Shown here in pieces: positions 11,199 through 23,626 of a stretch of DNA of 64,000 nucleotides. The position numbers were made by a program, and so were the translations under genes. The notes under the pieces were generated by a model. It was given only the letters and a program-made list of their open reading frames with translations. It ran no database searches and had not been told where the DNA came from. The DNA lies in NCBI RefSeq assembly GCF_045037415.1, contig NZ_CP173438.1; one strand, given 5' to 3'. Every line of letters starts with the position of its first letter. Position 1 is the stretch's first letter. This DNA comes from Escherichia coli (GTDB taxonomy: Bacteria; Pseudomonadota; Gammaproteobacteria; Enterobacterales; Enterobacteriaceae).

Positions 11199-11483
11199 AT
11201 GATTATGAAAAATTGTCTACTGTTGGGCGCGCTTTTAATGGGCTTTACTGGTGTGGCGATGGCGCAAAGTGTCACCGTCGATGTGCCGAGTGGATACAAA
11301 GTGGTTGTGGTTCCTGATTCAGTCAGCGTTCCACAAGCGGTCAGCGTCGCGACTGTGCCGCAAACCGTCTATGTGGCTCCTGCGCCAGCTCCGGCTTACC
11401 GCCCGCATCCTTATGTTCGCCATCTTGCCAGCGTAGGTGAAGGGATGGTTATCGAACACCAGATTGACGACCATCACCATTAA
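11199..11483 (+). CDS. ybjH: Small secreted protein YbjH
   Basis: ORF track 94 aa MIMKNCLLLGALLMGFTGVAMA... with signal peptide and C-terminal HHH. Confidence 0.88.
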   Translation: MIMKNCLLLGALLMGFTGVAMAQSVTVDVPSGYKVVVVPDSVSVPQAVSVATVPQTVYVAPAPAPAYRPHPYVRHLASVGEGMVIEHQIDDHHH

Positions 11484-11488
11484 TTCGA

Positions 11489-11526
11489 CAATGCCTGATC
11501 GCACAAAGCAATCAGGCATTTTTTTA
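11489..11526. terminator. Bidirectional terminator between ybjH and mdfA
   Basis: Hairpin AATGCCTGATCGCACAAAGCAATCAGGCATT followed by TTTTTT. Confidence 0.6.
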
Positions 11527-12756
11527 CCCTTCGTGCGAATTTCCCATCTGTTTATCTTTTAAAAAGATAACCATCAGCGACAGCCACAAAATGCCGTTGA
11601 CAAGGTTGAAGAGATTAAACAGTCCGTTGCCCCCGTTCAGCCAGGCATGTTTGCTGATTTCAATACCGACGGTAAAGATCAGCATTTGCAGCATCCCCAT
11701 CGCCGCAGAAACCGTACCTTTACTCATATCGCTGGCAAACAGGGTTAATCGCACCAGTCCCGCATTCGCCAGACCAATACCGAAAGCATAAATACTTAAC
11801 CCGGCGGTCATCCATAAATACGCGTGCGATGAGATAACCGTTGCCGCAGCAGCGACCAACAGACCAATCATAATCGGCCAGCCGCCCATAATAATCAGCG
11901 AACGTACGGTGCGGCGCGAGGTCAGACGCGCTAACAGCAAGTTACCCGCAATTAACGCCCCAAAAATAGGCACTTGCAGCAGGCCATATTCATAGCTGCT
12001 CAACTGCTCACCGGTAATAATGATAATCGGCGACTGGGCGATCCACGCCAGCAACGGCAGGCTAACGAATCCCAGCGCCAGCGCCCCCGCCACAAAGCGA
12101 CCGTTCTTCAGCACCAGCTTATAGTCACGACCGAGTTCTTTCAGCGACAGTTTCTCGCCTATACGCGTGGCGGTTTCAGGCATAGCTCGTTGCAGACCGA
12201 AAAAGGAGATCGCTGCCAATGCGGCAAACAAGACAAACATCCCTTCCCAGGGCAGCACATGGATCCACGCCGCGCCCACCAGCGGACCAAGTAGTGGAGC
12301 AATCAGCGCCACGTTCGCCATTAGCGCGGTGATCTTGATACAAACCGCCTCTTCGAAGGATTCCTGAATTGCGGCGTATCCCACAGCGCCAATGAAACAG
12401 AGGCTTATACCCTGCAAGAAGCGCAACAGGGTGAATTGTTCAATGTTTTGTGCCAGTAATATTGCCAGACAGGTGACGATAAACCACACCACTCCCGCCA
12501 GCATCACCGGACGGCGGCCAATACGATCCGACAACGGCCCCAGGAGCCATTGTAAAAACATCCCGCCCGCCAGATACGCAGTCATCGAAGTAGGAACCCA
12601 ATCAATGCCCGCCTGATATTGTTCCACCACGGCCAACATACCGGGTTGAATCATATCGTTGCCGATATAGGTTGAAAATTCGTAAAGCACCAGACAGAGA
12701 GGGAAAAGTAACGCCTGACGTCCAAGCCTGGCACCGGAAGCTAATTTATTTTGCAT
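11524..12756 (-). CDS. mdfA: Multidrug efflux MFS transporter MdfA (Cmr)
   Basis: ORF track 11524..12786(-); ATG at 12754-12756 gives 410 aa [27 protein letters not shown]... Confidence 0.94.
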
Positions 12757-13040
12757 GCAATTTCTTCGCCAATAATAATCGCGCAAAGTTTAATAAAAGC
12801 GCAGCTAACGAGAAAGCGAATTTTGTAGCTGAAACCACGGTTAAGCACATTCTTACATTATTGCGAGTATAGCTACGCTTTCTTTAAGTTTTATTTAACC
12901 TTTGCCCGTTACAATCACCTACCGTAAACAGGCCGCTTGAGGGAAATAAGACGATGCCGCTTTACCCAGTTTAACCTGCACTTTATTCTCAACGACTTGC
13001 CTGTATTGGCTCCCTTTTAATCACTTTGCGTCGGGAAGTT

Positions 13041-13637
13041 ATGCTGGAAAATTTGAATCTCTCTCTATTCTCTCTTATTAACGCAACGCCAGACTCTGCG
13101 CCGTGGATGATCTCGTTGGCGATTTTTATTGCTAAAGATTTGATTACCGTGGTGCCGTTGCTGGCCGCAGTACTTTGGTTGTGGGGGCTTACAGCACAAC
13201 GGCAACTGGTGATAAAAATCGCTATCGCGCTGGCGGTCAGCCTGTTTGTGTCCTGGACGATGGGACATCTTTTTCCGCACGACCGACCCTTTGTCGAAAA
13301 TATCGGCTATAACTTCCTGCATCATGCGGCGGATGACTCATTCCCGAGCGATCACGGTACGGTGATTTTCACCTTTGCACTGGCATTTTTATGCTGGCAT
13401 CGCCTGTGGTCCGGCTCACTTTTAATGGTGCTGGCCGTCGTCATTGCCTGGTCGCGCGTTTATCTTGGCGTCCACTGGCCGCTGGATATGCTCGGTGGAT
13501 TGCTGGCAGGTATGATTGGCTGCCTTAGCGCCCAGATTATCTGGCAAGCGATGGGGCATAAACTCTATCAACGTCTGCAATCGTGGTATCGCTTCTGTTT
13601 TGCATTACCGATCCGCAAAGGCTGGGTGCGTGACTGA
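13041..13637 (+). CDS. ybjG: Undecaprenyl-pyrophosphate phosphatase YbjG (PAP2 family)
   Basis: ORF track 13026..13637; ATG at 13041 gives 198 aa MLENLNLSLFSLINATPDS...; PAP2 motif SFPSDHG. Confidence 0.92.
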   Translation: MLENLNLSLFSLINATPDSAPWMISLAIFIAKDLITVVPLLAAVLWLWGLTAQRQLVIKIAIALAVSLFVSWTMGHLFPHDRPFVENIGYNFLHHAADDSFPSDHGTVIFTFALAFLCWHRLWSGSLLMVLAVVIAWSRVYLGVHWPLDMLGGLLAGMIGCLSAQIIWQAMGHKLYQRLQSWYRFCFALPIRKGWVRD

Positions 13638-13694
13638 TCTCTGCTAAAAAGTGTAGTATTGAGCGGCTCGCTTCAATAACTATTCAGAGGGATT

Positions 13695-14453
13695 ATGGAA
13701 ACACGTCGCGAAGAGCGTATCGGGCAGCTGCTGCAAGAATTAAAACGCAGCGATAAGTTACATCTTAAAGACGCCGCCGCCCTGCTTGGGGTTTCGGAGA
13801 TGACGATTCGTCGCGATCTGAACAACCACAGTGCGCCCGTCGTTTTGCTCGGCGGCTATATTGTTCTGGAACCACGCAGCGCCAGCCATTACCTGTTAAG
13901 CGATCAAAAATCCCGCCTGGTGGAAGAAAAACGCCGGGCGGCAAAACTGGCTGCGACGCTGGTAGAACCCGATCAGACCCTCTTTTTTGACTGTGGCACC
14001 ACCACGCCGTGGATTATTGAAGCAATTGATAATGAAATCCCTTTTACCGCCGTTTGTTATTCGCTAAATACTTTTCTGGCGCTGAAAGAGAAACCCCATT
14101 GCCGCGCGTTTCTTTGCGGTGGTGAATTTCACGCCAGCAACGCCATTTTCAAACCCATCGATTTTCAGCAAACACTGAATAATTTTTGCCCGGATATCGC
14201 TTTTTATTCCGCTGCGGGCGTGCATATCAGTAAAGGCGCTACCTGTTTTAATCTTGAAGAGTTGCCGGTAAAACACTGGGCCATGTCGATGGCGCAAAAG
14301 CATGTGCTGGTTGTCGACCACAGTAAATTTGGCAAGGTGCGTCCGGCGCGCATGGGTGACCTGAAACGCTTTGATATTGTTGTGAGCGATTGTTGCCCGG
14401 AAGATGAGTATGTGAAGTACGCGCAGACGCAGCGTATTAAGTTGATGTATTAA
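13695..14453 (+). CDS. deoR: Deoxyribose operon repressor DeoR
   Basis: ORF track 252 aa METRREERIGQLLQELKRSDKLHLKDAAALLGVSEMTIRRDL... (DeoR HTH). Confidence 0.95.
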   Translation: METRREERIGQLLQELKRSDKLHLKDAAALLGVSEMTIRRDLNNHSAPVVLLGGYIVLEPRSASHYLLSDQKSRLVEEKRRAAKLAATLVEPDQTLFFDCGTTTPWIIEAIDNEIPFTAVCYSLNTFLALKEKPHCRAFLCGGEFHASNAIFKPIDFQQTLNNFCPDIAFYSAAGVHISKGATCFNLEELPVKHWAMSMAQKHVLVVDHSKFGKVRPARMGDLKRFDIVVSDCCPEDEYVKYAQTQRIKLMY

Positions 14454-14461
14454 TGACGTAT

Positions 14462-14490
14462 AACCGGATGACGTTTCGCGCCATCCGGTT
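14462..14490. terminator. Bidirectional terminator hairpin between deoR and dacC
   Basis: AACCGGATGACGTTTCGCGCCATCCGGTT inverted repeat in a 46 bp convergent spacer. Confidence 0.5.
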
Positions 14491-14499
14491 ATCAGAAGA

Positions 14500-15702
14500 T
14501 TAAGAGAACCAGCTGCCGAACCACTGATGGAATTTCATCATCACGAAATCCCACATCCGACCAAAGAATCCGCCCTCTTCCACATTTTCCATCACGATCA
14601 GCGGACGCTGCTCAATGGATTTACCGTTAAGCTGGAAATCAATGGTGCCGACAACCTGACCTTTTTTCAGCGGTGCGGTAAGCTGCGGTTCCGTTAACGT
14701 ATAACTCGCCTTCAGGTTTTTCAGCTGCCCACGCGGTATGGTCACTGAGCCCGCTTCGCCTGCCCCGAGATTCACTTCGCTCTTATCACCAAACCAGACG
14801 CGCTGAGTCACAAATGTGGCATCAGGTTTAATTGGCGTCACGGTTTCAAAGAAGCGGAAACCCCAGGTCAATAATTTCTCAGACTCATTAAAACGGATAC
14901 GGTCAGTTTTCGCCCCCAGCACTACGGAGATTAAACGCATATCGCCCTGGGTAGCCGAAGCAACCAGATTATATCCCGCGCCTGCCGTGGTTCCTGTCTT
15001 CATGCCATCAACATTCAGATTGCTGCTCCACAGCAGACGATTACGGTTAGGCTGACGAATTTTGTTGAAGGTGAACTCTTTCTCTTTATGAATGGCGTAC
15101 TCTTCCGGCACATCGTGGATCAATGCTTTACCCAGCAATGCCATATCGCGCGCGGTACTGAACTGCCCCGGCGCATCCAGGCCGTGCACCGTCTGGAAGG
15201 TAGTGTTGGTCAGACCCAGTTTTTTGGCATAACCATTCATCAAACCAATAAATGACTCCTGGCTCCCGGCAACGTAATCAGCCAGCGCAATACAGGCGTC
15301 ATTACCGGACTGGATAATCACACCTTTGTTCAAGTCTGCCACCGAAACCTGATCGCCCGGTTTGAGGAACATTACCGATGAACCACGCAGTGCCGGATTT
15401 CCCGTCGCCCAGGCATCTTTACCGACCGTCACCATATCGGTGAGTTTAATTTTATCGGCCTTAAGCGCCTGCCCAACCACATAGCTGGTCATAATTTTAG
15501 TCAGGCTCGCGGGATCCAGTTTCTCATCCGCATTGCCTTCTGCCAGCACTTTACCGCTGGCGTAATCCATTAAAATCCATGCACGGGCATCCACGCTCGG
15601 CGCTTCAACGGTTTGTTCCGCCGCGAATGCCGTTGGGGCAAAAAGGAATAAAAATGCAGAACCCGCTGCAAGACCACGAAGGAGAGAGGAGTATTGCGTC
15701 AT
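14500..15702 (-). CDS. dacC: D-alanyl-D-alanine carboxypeptidase DacC (PBP6)
   Basis: ORF track 14500..15723(-); ATG at 15700-15702 gives 400 aa [27 protein letters not shown]...; SxxK (SLTK), SGN and KTG motifs. Confidence 0.95.
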   Translation of the reverse strand: MTQYSSLLRGLAAGSAFLFLFAPTAFAAEQTVEAPSVDARAWILMDYASGKVLAEGNADEKLDPASLTKIMTSYVVGQALKADKIKLTDMVTVGKDAWATGNPALRGSSVMFLKPGDQVSVADLNKGVIIQSGNDACIALADYVAGSQESFIGLMNGYAKKLGLTNTTFQTVHGLDAPGQFSTARDMALLGKALIHDVPEEYAIHKEKEFTFNKIRQPNRNRLLWSSNLNVDGMKTGTTAGAGYNLVASATQGDMRLISVVLGAKTDRIRFNESEKLLTWGFRFFETVTPIKPDATFVTQRVWFGDKSEVNLGAGEAGSVTIPRGQLKNLKASYTLTEPQLTAPLKKGQVVGTIDFQLNGKSIEQRPLIVMENVEEGGFFGRMWDFVMMKFHQWFGSWFS

Positions 15703-15948
15703 AAATGCCACCCGAGTATCCATTCAAAAAAAATACGTTATATCGCCGTATGATAAGTTCGGTGATTAATAACGCACACACAAACTTAAAGAAACCGTAA
15801 GTTGGTAAAGTTTTTAAAGTTTATGCAATATCCTGCCGCTTCGCTGCTTCTGGTGTCATTTTTTTGCCAGCTGTTGCTTAAAAGTTAACTTTACTTCACC
15901 ATCGGAGTCCTGTTTAGCCTGTGGCTGCCTGTCGGAAAAGGGGTGAGT

Positions 15949-16575
15949 ATGATTACGCTGTGGGGTCGGAATAATTCAACCAACGTAAAAAAAGTATTGC
16001 TGACGCTCGAAGAACTGGAACTACCTTATGAGCAAATTCTCGCGGGCCGTGAGTTTGGGATAAATCACGATACTGATTTTCTGGCGATGAACCCTAACGG
16101 GCTGGTGCCGTTGTTGCGTGACGACGAAAGTGATCTCATTCTTTGGGAATCAAACGCCATTGTCCGCTATCTGGCGGCACAGTACGGGCAAAAACGCCTG
16201 TGGATCGACTCACCGGCACGTCGTGCGGAAGCAGAAAAATGGATGGACTGGGCAAACCAGACGCTCAGTAATGCTCATCGCGGGATCCTGATGGGATTAG
16301 TCAGAACACCACCGGAAGAGCGCGATCAGGCCGCCATTGATGCCAGTTGCAAAGAGTGCGACGCCCTGTTTGCCCTGCTCGATGCGGAATTGGCAAAAGT
16401 AAAATGGTTCTCAGGCGACGAGTTTGGTGTGGGCGATATCGCTATCGCACCGTTCATCTACAATTTGTTTAACGTTGGCCTGACCTGGACACCGCGTCCA
16501 AATCTGCAACGCTGGTATCAGCAACTCACTGAACGCCCCGCAGTGCGCAAAGTGGTGATGATTCCCGTTAGCTAA
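15949..16575 (+). CDS. gstB: Glutathione S-transferase GstB (YliJ)
   Basis: ORF track 15943..16575; ATG at 15949 gives 208 aa [23 protein letters not shown]... Confidence 0.93.
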   Translation: MITLWGRNNSTNVKKVLLTLEELELPYEQILAGREFGINHDTDFLAMNPNGLVPLLRDDESDLILWESNAIVRYLAAQYGQKRLWIDSPARRAEAEKWMDWANQTLSNAHRGILMGLVRTPPEERDQAAIDASCKECDALFALLDAELAKVKWFSGDEFGVGDIAIAPFIYNLFNVGLTWTPRPNLQRWYQQLTERPAVRKVVMIPVS

Positions 16576-17687
16576 TTGCGTGGGCTAACTTTAAGTAATT
16601 CCCCACTGGACTCGTCGGTGAGAACGTATAAATAACCGTCGGGTCCAGTGCGAACATCACGAATTCGTTGCCCTCTGTCCGTTAAAATACGGCCATCTTC
16701 TGTCACTTTGTCGCCGTTGACGCTCATCACAATGACATCTTTATCTTTCAGCGCGCCAATAAATAATTTTTGCTGCCACTGGGGGAATTTGTCGCTGTTA
16801 TAGAAAGCCATGCCGCTCACGGCGGGCGAATCTTTCCAGTAAAAAACAGGTTGCTCGGTCCCGGCGACGATCTCCCCTTTCGCTTCCGGTATCTTAAAGC
16901 CCGAATAGTTGATTCCCCAGGTTGCCAGCGGCCAGCCGTAGTTTTTGCCTTTTTGCGGAATATTAATTTCATCACCACCGCGCGGGCCATGTTCATTCAG
17001 CCATAGTGCATTACTCCACGGATTCATCGCCATTCCTTGCGGATTACGAATGCCATAAGACCAGATCTCGGCGCGCACACCGGATTCCTTTATAAAAGGA
17101 TTATCATCCGGGATTTCTCCCAGGTCGGTCAGACGCACCAGTTTGCCCTGTAATTTATCCAGATCCTGCGCCGTCGGGCGCTGATTGTTTTCGCCCAGAG
17201 CAATAAAAAGATAACCTTTACCGTCAAATACCATCCGCCCGCCAAAATGGTTGCCGGTAGACAGTTTTGGCATCTGACGAAAGACGGTGCGGAAGTCGGT
17301 CACTTTTGAGAGATCATCACTTAAGCGACCATAACCCACAGCAGTTCCGGCTTTGCCATCATCGCCAACTTCGGAATAACTTAACCAGATGCGGCGCGAC
17401 TGAGCAAAATCGGGCGCTAAAACCACGTCCAGCAGGCCGCCCTGCCCGTGCGCCCAAACGTCCGGCACTCCGGAAAGCGGCGCAGATAATCCTTTTCCTG
17501 CTTGCCAGTGACGCAACTCGCCGCCGCGCAGAGTGATTAACATACCGTGATTATCGGGTAAAAAGGCCAGCGCCCAGGGATGGTCGAGTTTGTCTTGCAG
17601 TACTTCGACATTTACCGTTGCAGGAGCCGCCCAGAGAGCGGAAGAAAGACAAATAAGGGGCACAAGGAAAAAGGATTGTCGATGCAT
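16572..17687 (-). CDS. yliI: PQQ-dependent soluble aldose sugar dehydrogenase YliI
   Basis: ORF track 371 aa with signal peptide [20 protein letters not shown]; beta-propeller dehydrogenase family; stop overlaps gstB stop (convergent). Confidence 0.93.
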   Translation of the reverse strand: MHRQSFFLVPLICLSSALWAAPATVNVEVLQDKLDHPWALAFLPDNHGMLITLRGGELRHWQAGKGLSAPLSGVPDVWAHGQGGLLDVVLAPDFAQSRRIWLSYSEVGDDGKAGTAVGYGRLSDDLSKVTDFRTVFRQMPKLSTGNHFGGRMVFDGKGYLFIALGENNQRPTAQDLDKLQGKLVRLTDLGEIPDDNPFIKESGVRAEIWSYGIRNPQGMAMNPWSNALWLNEHGPRGGDEINIPQKGKNYGWPLATWGINYSGFKIPEAKGEIVAGTEQPVFYWKDSPAVSGMAFYNSDKFPQWQQKLFIGALKDKDVIVMSVNGDKVTEDGRILTDRGQRIRDVRTGPDGYLYVLTDESSGELLKVSPRN

Positions 17688-17767
17688 AACGCCTCCGGAT
17701 TGACTCTGGCTTAAAGCGTAGTCAGTGGAGGAGAGAACAAATTCATTTTTACAAAAACTTAAACATG

Positions 17768-17792
17768 AAGGGGGAGACGCTTTCTCCCCCTT
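17768..17792 (-). terminator. Terminator hairpin downstream of bssR
   Basis: AAGGGGGAGACGCTTTCTCCCCCTT inverted repeat; T-rich tract follows on the minus strand. Confidence 0.5.
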
Positions 17793-17797
17793 AGTTT

Positions 17798-18181
17798 TCA
17801 GGCCTTCTCAAGCATGGCGTGCTTCTGCAGGCTCTGGATACTCAGCGTTAAGCTCATCAGACAATTTTCAAGCTTATCGGCGTTGACGGTAATAACAGTC
17901 GGGCAATCATGGTGCCCACTCATCAAACATACTGCGGCTGTCGCTAATGCTTCTTCAGCATGATGAAGAGCACTCCACTCTTCCTGATCCAGATGAAGAT
18001 TCAACCGCAGCGATTTATCGTGCAGTTCGCGATTCAGTTTAAAAAAGTTATCTCGTAGATGATTGCTTTCGCTGACGGACATGTATCCTTTTGCCTTCCT
18101 CAGTTGCACGTATGCGGCGAGGTCAACGCGTGCGTCGATCAACCGGTTCAGCAGGTCGATTCGCTGTCTGTCAACGAACAT
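17798..18181 (-). CDS. bssR: Biofilm regulator BssR (YliH)
   Basis: ORF track 17798..18214(-); ATG at 18179-18181 gives 127 aa MFVDRQRIDLLNRLIDARVDLAAYVQLRK... Confidence 0.9.
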   Translation of the reverse strand: MFVDRQRIDLLNRLIDARVDLAAYVQLRKAKGYMSVSESNHLRDNFFKLNRELHDKSLRLNLHLDQEEWSALHHAEEALATAAVCLMSGHHDCPTVITVNADKLENCLMSLTLSIQSLQKHAMLEKA

Positions 18182-18393
18182 ACTTCGATCCTCCTCTTTC
18201 CAGCCTTGTTGCAATTAAATAGTATGGCTGTTTTTTGAGCAAAATGCTGTCCAGGATCAATTCTTCACGCCGAATTAACAAAATTTACATTTCCTTCAAC
18301 TCCGCCAGCGAATGAGATTGCGATACAAATTTTATCCAGAACTCTGTAGAATCCCTGCCCTGACCTTTCCTGTAACTGAATATTTTTTAAGCT

Positions 18394-19719
18394 ATGAGCA
18401 AAGTAACTCCCCAGCCGAAAATCGGCTTTGTTTCCCTTGGCTGCCCGAAAAACCTTGTCGATTCAGAGCGTATTCTCACCGAACTACGCACTGAAGGTTA
18501 TGACGTGGTACCGAGCTATGACGATGCGGACATGGTGATCGTCAACACCTGCGGCTTTATTGACAGCGCGGTACAAGAATCACTGGAAGCCATTGGTGAA
18601 GCGTTGAATGAAAACGGCAAGGTAATTGTGACCGGTTGTCTGGGGGCAAAAGAAGATCAGATCCGCGAAGTCCACCCGAAAGTGCTGGAAATCACCGGGC
18701 CTCATAGCTATGAGCAGGTTCTGGAGCACGTTCATCACTACGTGCCAAAACCGAAACACAACCCGTTCCTGAGCCTGGTGCCAGAACAAGGTGTGAAACT
18801 GACGCCGCGTCATTATGCTTATCTGAAAATTTCTGAAGGCTGTAATCACCGCTGCACCTTCTGCATTATTCCGTCTATGCGCGGCGATCTGGTGAGCCGT
18901 CCGATTGGCGAAGTGTTAAGTGAAGCGAAACGTCTGGTTGATGCGGGCGTTAAAGAAATTCTGGTGATCTCGCAGGATACTTCCGCGTATGGCGTCGATG
19001 TTAAACATCGTACTGGCTTCCACAACGGCGAGCCGGTAAAAACCAGCATGGTCAGCCTGTGCGAACAGTTATCGAAACTGGGGATCTGGACACGTCTGCA
19101 CTACGTTTACCCTTATCCGCATGTGGACGACGTCATCCCACTGATGGCAGAGGGCAAAATCCTGCCGTATCTGGACATTCCGTTGCAGCACGCCAGCCCG
19201 CGCATTCTCAAACTGATGAAGCGTCCGGGTTCTGTAGATCGCCAACTGGCGCGCATCAAACAGTGGCGCGAAATCTGCCCGGAACTGACCCTACGCTCAA
19301 CCTTTATTGTTGGCTTCCCTGGCGAGACGGAAGAAGATTTCCAGATGCTACTCGACTTCCTGAAAGAAGCACGTCTGGATCGCGTTGGCTGCTTTAAATA
19401 CAGCCCGGTTGAAGGTGCAGACGCCAATGCCCTGCCTGACCAGGTTCCGGAAGAAGTGAAAGAAGAACGCTGGAACCGTTTCATGCAGCTGCAGCAGCAG
19501 ATTTCCGCCGAGCGCCTGCAAGAGAAAGTGGGTCGTGAAATTCTGGTGATTATCGACGAAGTGGACGAAGAAGGCGCGATTGGTCGCAGCATGGCAGATG
19601 CACCGGAAATCGACGGCGCGGTTTATCTCAATGGTGAAACCAACGTTAAGCCGGGTGATATCCTGCGAGTGAAAGTCGAGCACGCCGATGAGTACGATTT
19701 GTGGGGTAGCCGGGTTTAA
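18394..19719 (+). CDS. rimO: Ribosomal protein S12 methylthiotransferase RimO (radical SAM MTTase)
   Basis: ORF track 441 aa; N-terminal MTTase cysteines (GCPKN, NTCGF), radical [12 protein letters not shown]-terminal TRAM domain. Confidence 0.96.
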
Positions 19720-19725
19720 TTAATT

Positions 19726-19756
19726 CAGGCCGGGCAAAATCATTTGTCCGGCCTGC
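19726..19756. terminator. Bidirectional terminator between rimO and dgcI
   Basis: CAGGCCGGGCAAAATCATTTGTCCGGCCTG hairpin in a 46 bp convergent spacer. Confidence 0.5.
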
Positions 19757-19765
19757 GAATAATGA

Positions 19766-21094
19766 TTACTGCCAGCTAATCTGCGCCCTGCCGTTTTTCT
19801 TACTCTTATACAGCCGCTCATCCGCCAGCATTTTCAATCGTTCGACGGTAGTACATTCATTTGAATGCGCTACACCGATACTGGTGCTTAAATTAATGCT
19901 TCCCACCTGGAAATGAACGATTTCTTTTAGAATCGATAGCAACTCTTCCAGCGTGCCGCCAGTATAAATCACCGCAAATTCGTCACCTCCGAAGCGGTAG
20001 ACTTTACCTTTATCTACCGGGATCTGTGATTTAAGGATTTTCACCACTTTCATCAACACTTCATCGCCCAGCAAATGACCGAAGGTGTCGTTAATGTTTT
20101 TGAATTTATCGACGTCAAACAGGCACAAATAACCGCCTTTTTCCGGCAGCGCTTTTAAATCTTCGTCAAAGGATTTTCTGCCCATCGCTTTGGTCAGGTC
20201 GTCCAGGAATGCCGAGTTATACATACTGTAGAGTTTTTTGACATCGGCAGCCGAAAAGAAAAGCCCGCCATCCAGTACGCGTTCAAAATGGTTATTAATA
20301 ATGGCTTCTTTCTCCACAATACCACGATTAATCACTCTGCGTACCAGATAGAGGCAACTGGCACCCGATATCACTGCCACCAATGCGGCAAAGAAAATAA
20401 TCAATGTACATACCTGAAAATAAACGTCTTTTTTATAAGCAAATACGTACAATCCGGTCGGCAAATAGGAGAAGTGCTCCATTGCTTCCGAAACGGTGAA
20501 GATGGCGTTTTTAGCGTTATATTCATCACCGGTCACCGATTTACCGTTCTTGAACAGGGAGAACATCAGGTTCTCGCTATCCATCGCCAGCGATTTTGAC
20601 AGTAAAGAAAAACGTTCCAGACCAAGCAAAAATATCAGACTACGATTGTGAGTTACCGGATAGAGGTAATAGACGAAGGTTTTACCATCAAAAGAGATAA
20701 ACCCTGTATTTTTGACATGTCGATACTTAACAACCTGCATAATATCTGCACAATAATTTTTCTCAAACTCCTTTACCTGAATACATTCGTCACTGGAAAT
20801 CAGATAAGGACCGACATCGTACAAATAAGAGGGTGAAACCGAGTCGGCGTAAGCTGTGCGTAAGCCAACCAACAGCTGTTCCTCCGTAGGATTTAGCGTG
20901 TTGATCAGATCAATTGCCACACTCCGCCGATATTCAGCAATATTTGCCACCGCAAAAGCAGTATCAATAACGGACTGTTTCAGGCCATACACCCGTTCCT
21001 TTACCATTTGAGTGTAGATCCCGCAGGCAACTGCTGAAATCATGATAAAAATCAGCAGACTGACTGTAAGTACGAATTTATTGATTCTGGACAT
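19766..21094 (-). CDS. dgcI: Membrane diguanylate cyclase DgcI (YliF), GGDEF domain
   Basis: ORF track 442 aa; N-terminal TM/periplasmic region then RFGGDEF motif. Confidence 0.94.
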   Translation of the reverse strand: MSRINKFVLTVSLLIFIMISAVACGIYTQMVKERVYGLKQSVIDTAFAVANIAEYRRSVAIDLINTLNPTEEQLLVGLRTAYADSVSPSYLYDVGPYLISSDECIQVKEFEKNYCADIMQVVKYRHVKNTGFISFDGKTFVYYLYPVTHNRSLIFLLGLERFSLLSKSLAMDSENLMFSLFKNGKSVTGDEYNAKNAIFTVSEAMEHFSYLPTGLYVFAYKKDVYFQVCTLIIFFAALVAVISGASCLYLVRRVINRGIVEKEAIINNHFERVLDGGLFFSAADVKKLYSMYNSAFLDDLTKAMGRKSFDEDLKALPEKGGYLCLFDVDKFKNINDTFGHLLGDEVLMKVVKILKSQIPVDKGKVYRFGGDEFAVIYTGGTLEELLSILKEIVHFQVGSINLSTSIGVAHSNECTTVERLKMLADERLYKSKKNGRAQISWQ

Positions 21095-21101
21095 ACGTAA
21101 A

Positions 21102-23450
21102 CTACTCTTTTACTAATTTTCCACTTTTATCCCAGGCGGAGAATGGCATGGGTTTCTGGTACAGATACCCCTGAGCCTGAACACATCCTAATTTGATTAA
21201 TTCACGCGCAACGTCTTCGCTCTCTACGCCTTCCGCAATCACCGGGATCCGGTTATAGCGTGCCAGATCGAAAATAATGCGCACAATTTTTCCCGCAGTA
21301 CCGAAAATATCGCCGGTAAATTGCGAATCCACCTTTATACTGTCTGGATTAATTTCATAAAAACGTTTCAGGTTTGACAAACCGGTGCCAAAGTCATCAA
21401 TCGATACCCGTACCCCTTGTTTACGCAGTTGTTCAATATTGAGATAGAAATGTTCATTAATTCGCTCGATCACGGTTTCGGTGATCTCAACACAAAGGCT
21501 GTTCGCCTTCAGGCCATTTTCTTTCATGATGGTAGTAAAACGCTCATGAAAGTGTGGTTCGTTTAACTGCCAGGGCGAAACATTAATATGCAGTAAGAAA
21601 TCATCCTTCAGCGACGCACGCTGACTAAAATGTCTGAATTCACCCATCGCGGTTTTAATAATTTGATAGCCCAGCTCATTGATAAACCCGATATCTTCAG
21701 CAATGGTAATGAACTTCAGCGGTGAAATAATCCCCCGCTCCGCAGACACCCAACGGCACAACGCCTCCGCGCCCAAAATGGTGCGGGTGTTAATATCAAC
21801 AATCGGTTGATAGACCAGGAATAGTTCGCCAATTTCCATTGCATGGCGAATATTACGCGCAATCCAGATATTCTCTTCTATTTCGTTGAGTTTCGCATCA
21901 TCACAGAAAATAAACTCTGAGAACATATGGTTGCGGATACTGGAAATCGCCAGTTTCAGCTTTTCTGCGTAACTCCAGGCGTTTTCCCCCTGCAAAGGTT
22001 CACAAATAGCAGACTTATGGATGCGCAGATTGCGGTAGCCAAAACTGCTGTCAAAATCGTTTACCGTCGCTATCTTACGGGTAAACGTCTGTACATTTTC
22101 CCGGCACAGGAGTAAATAGAGATCGGCATTAAATGTCACGATATCGCAGCATTGCGCATATTTCTCGGCAATTCGCTGACACAATTTCCTGACGATTTTA
22201 TTGCGTTCATCAACACCAAACACCGCTTCCACAGCTTCCAGACCACACAGTTTGATGATCCCCACAGCCAGATACTGATTATTGTTGGACTCAATAATCG
22301 CCATATTTTTAATAAAACCGCTTTCCTGATCGTAAGAGATCAGCGAGAGCAATTTATTTGCCCGTTCAATTTCAGCATCTTTCATTTCCGCGATCGAATT
22401 TTTGATGCTGATAATCTCTTTCGCATCGCCTTCACGAATCTTCAGGGCCTCGATTTGATCCGTAGAGTCAGGCAAAAACGCCAGCGTATTGACCAAATCT
22501 GTCATTTCAGAAAATTGACGACGGAAAACTCGAGTGGTCATTAAATAAACCACCAGCAATACGATAATAATGAAAGCAAACGGCAGATAAAAAAGTTTAT
22601 CTGATGCGTTCAATAAATTACCACCAGGATAATAAAAATAGATTTCGAATAATGCGTTGTTTGGCACCGCTGATGTTTTTTCAATATATTCCGTATCGAC
22701 AGAATCAATAATATTATAATTACCTTCGCTATTATAAATAATCAATTTTTCACGAGCGAGTTGATTCTTAGCAATGATCTCATGACCTTGCTTTAAAAAT
22801 AGAACTTCATCATTAGCGCTGATGTGATCAAGATACTCGTTCAGATATCGCCAGTTTAAATCGACATGAATTTTATCTACCGCTAACAAATCATGATCTT
22901 TGCCGTTGATGTGTAGCGTAAAAGAGATACATTTTTTACCCGGACGATCAAAGCAATTGTATGCCGGGTTCCAGCTGTTGTTAGAGTCATCTGAAGCCAT
23001 CGACCACGGTCGTTTCGATGGGTTAAAATCGGCAAAAATAACCCGCCCTGACTCGTCGACAAGCGGTCCATTTACTTGTTCCTGATGATAAACAACGATT
23101 TTATCATTCGCCCTCCGCGAAAAGAGATAATATTTATTATCATCAAGTACCAGTCCCACCGAGTCTAAAAATGGCATCATTTCCATTTTCAGAATCACGG
23201 CACGTTGAATCTCCTCTGTATTTTTTAATAAATACAGTGAGTCCTTTAATGTCAGGGCCGAACGTTCAATATCTTTAAAGAAATAGCCAACGTTTTTCTG
23301 AATAAGTTCAAAGCGGCTATCGGCACGTTTTACCGCGCGTTCCGATACCAGTTGATAGTTAATGATGAAAAAAAGACCAATAAATGACAATGCTGCCAAT
23401 AAAAATAAAATTATCAGCCTTATCTTTATCTTTTCGTATAAACTCAGCAT
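21102..23450 (-). CDS. pdeI: Membrane c-di-GMP phosphodiesterase PdeI (YliE), EAL domain
   Basis: ORF track 782 aa; TM helices flank a periplasmic region; EAL motif (GAEALCRW); 7 bp upstream of dgcI on the same strand. Confidence 0.94.
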   Translation of the reverse strand: MLSLYEKIKIRLIILFLLAALSFIGLFFIINYQLVSERAVKRADSRFELIQKNVGYFFKDIERSALTLKDSLYLLKNTEEIQRAVILKMEMMPFLDSVGLVLDDNKYYLFSRRANDKIVVYHQEQVNGPLVDESGRVIFADFNPSKRPWSMASDDSNNSWNPAYNCFDRPGKKCISFTLHINGKDHDLLAVDKIHVDLNWRYLNEYLDHISANDEVLFLKQGHEIIAKNQLAREKLIIYNSEGNYNIIDSVDTEYIEKTSAVPNNALFEIYFYYPGGNLLNASDKLFYLPFAFIIIVLLVVYLMTTRVFRRQFSEMTDLVNTLAFLPDSTDQIEALKIREGDAKEIISIKNSIAEMKDAEIERANKLLSLISYDQESGFIKNMAIIESNNNQYLAVGIIKLCGLEAVEAVFGVDERNKIVRKLCQRIAEKYAQCCDIVTFNADLYLLLCRENVQTFTRKIATVNDFDSSFGYRNLRIHKSAICEPLQGENAWSYAEKLKLAISSIRNHMFSEFIFCDDAKLNEIEENIWIARNIRHAMEIGELFLVYQPIVDINTRTILGAEALCRWVSAERGIISPLKFITIAEDIGFINELGYQIIKTAMGEFRHFSQRASLKDDFLLHINVSPWQLNEPHFHERFTTIMKENGLKANSLCVEITETVIERINEHFYLNIEQLRKQGVRVSIDDFGTGLSNLKRFYEINPDSIKVDSQFTGDIFGTAGKIVRIIFDLARYNRIPVIAEGVESEDVARELIKLGCVQAQGYLYQKPMPFSAWDKSGKLVKE

Positions 23451-23626
23451 GTTAATACATTTAAAAAAATAACTGTCTGAACGCTGTGCCGCTGCAAAAT
23501 AGTCCCTTGCTGCGGCTTTTTAACCAAATTACCCGATTCTACAAAATCAGCAGAAAGTTACAACACTTGCTTAGGGCAATAATTTCCTGTGAGGTGATTA
23601 CCCTTTCAAGCAATATTCAAACGTAA

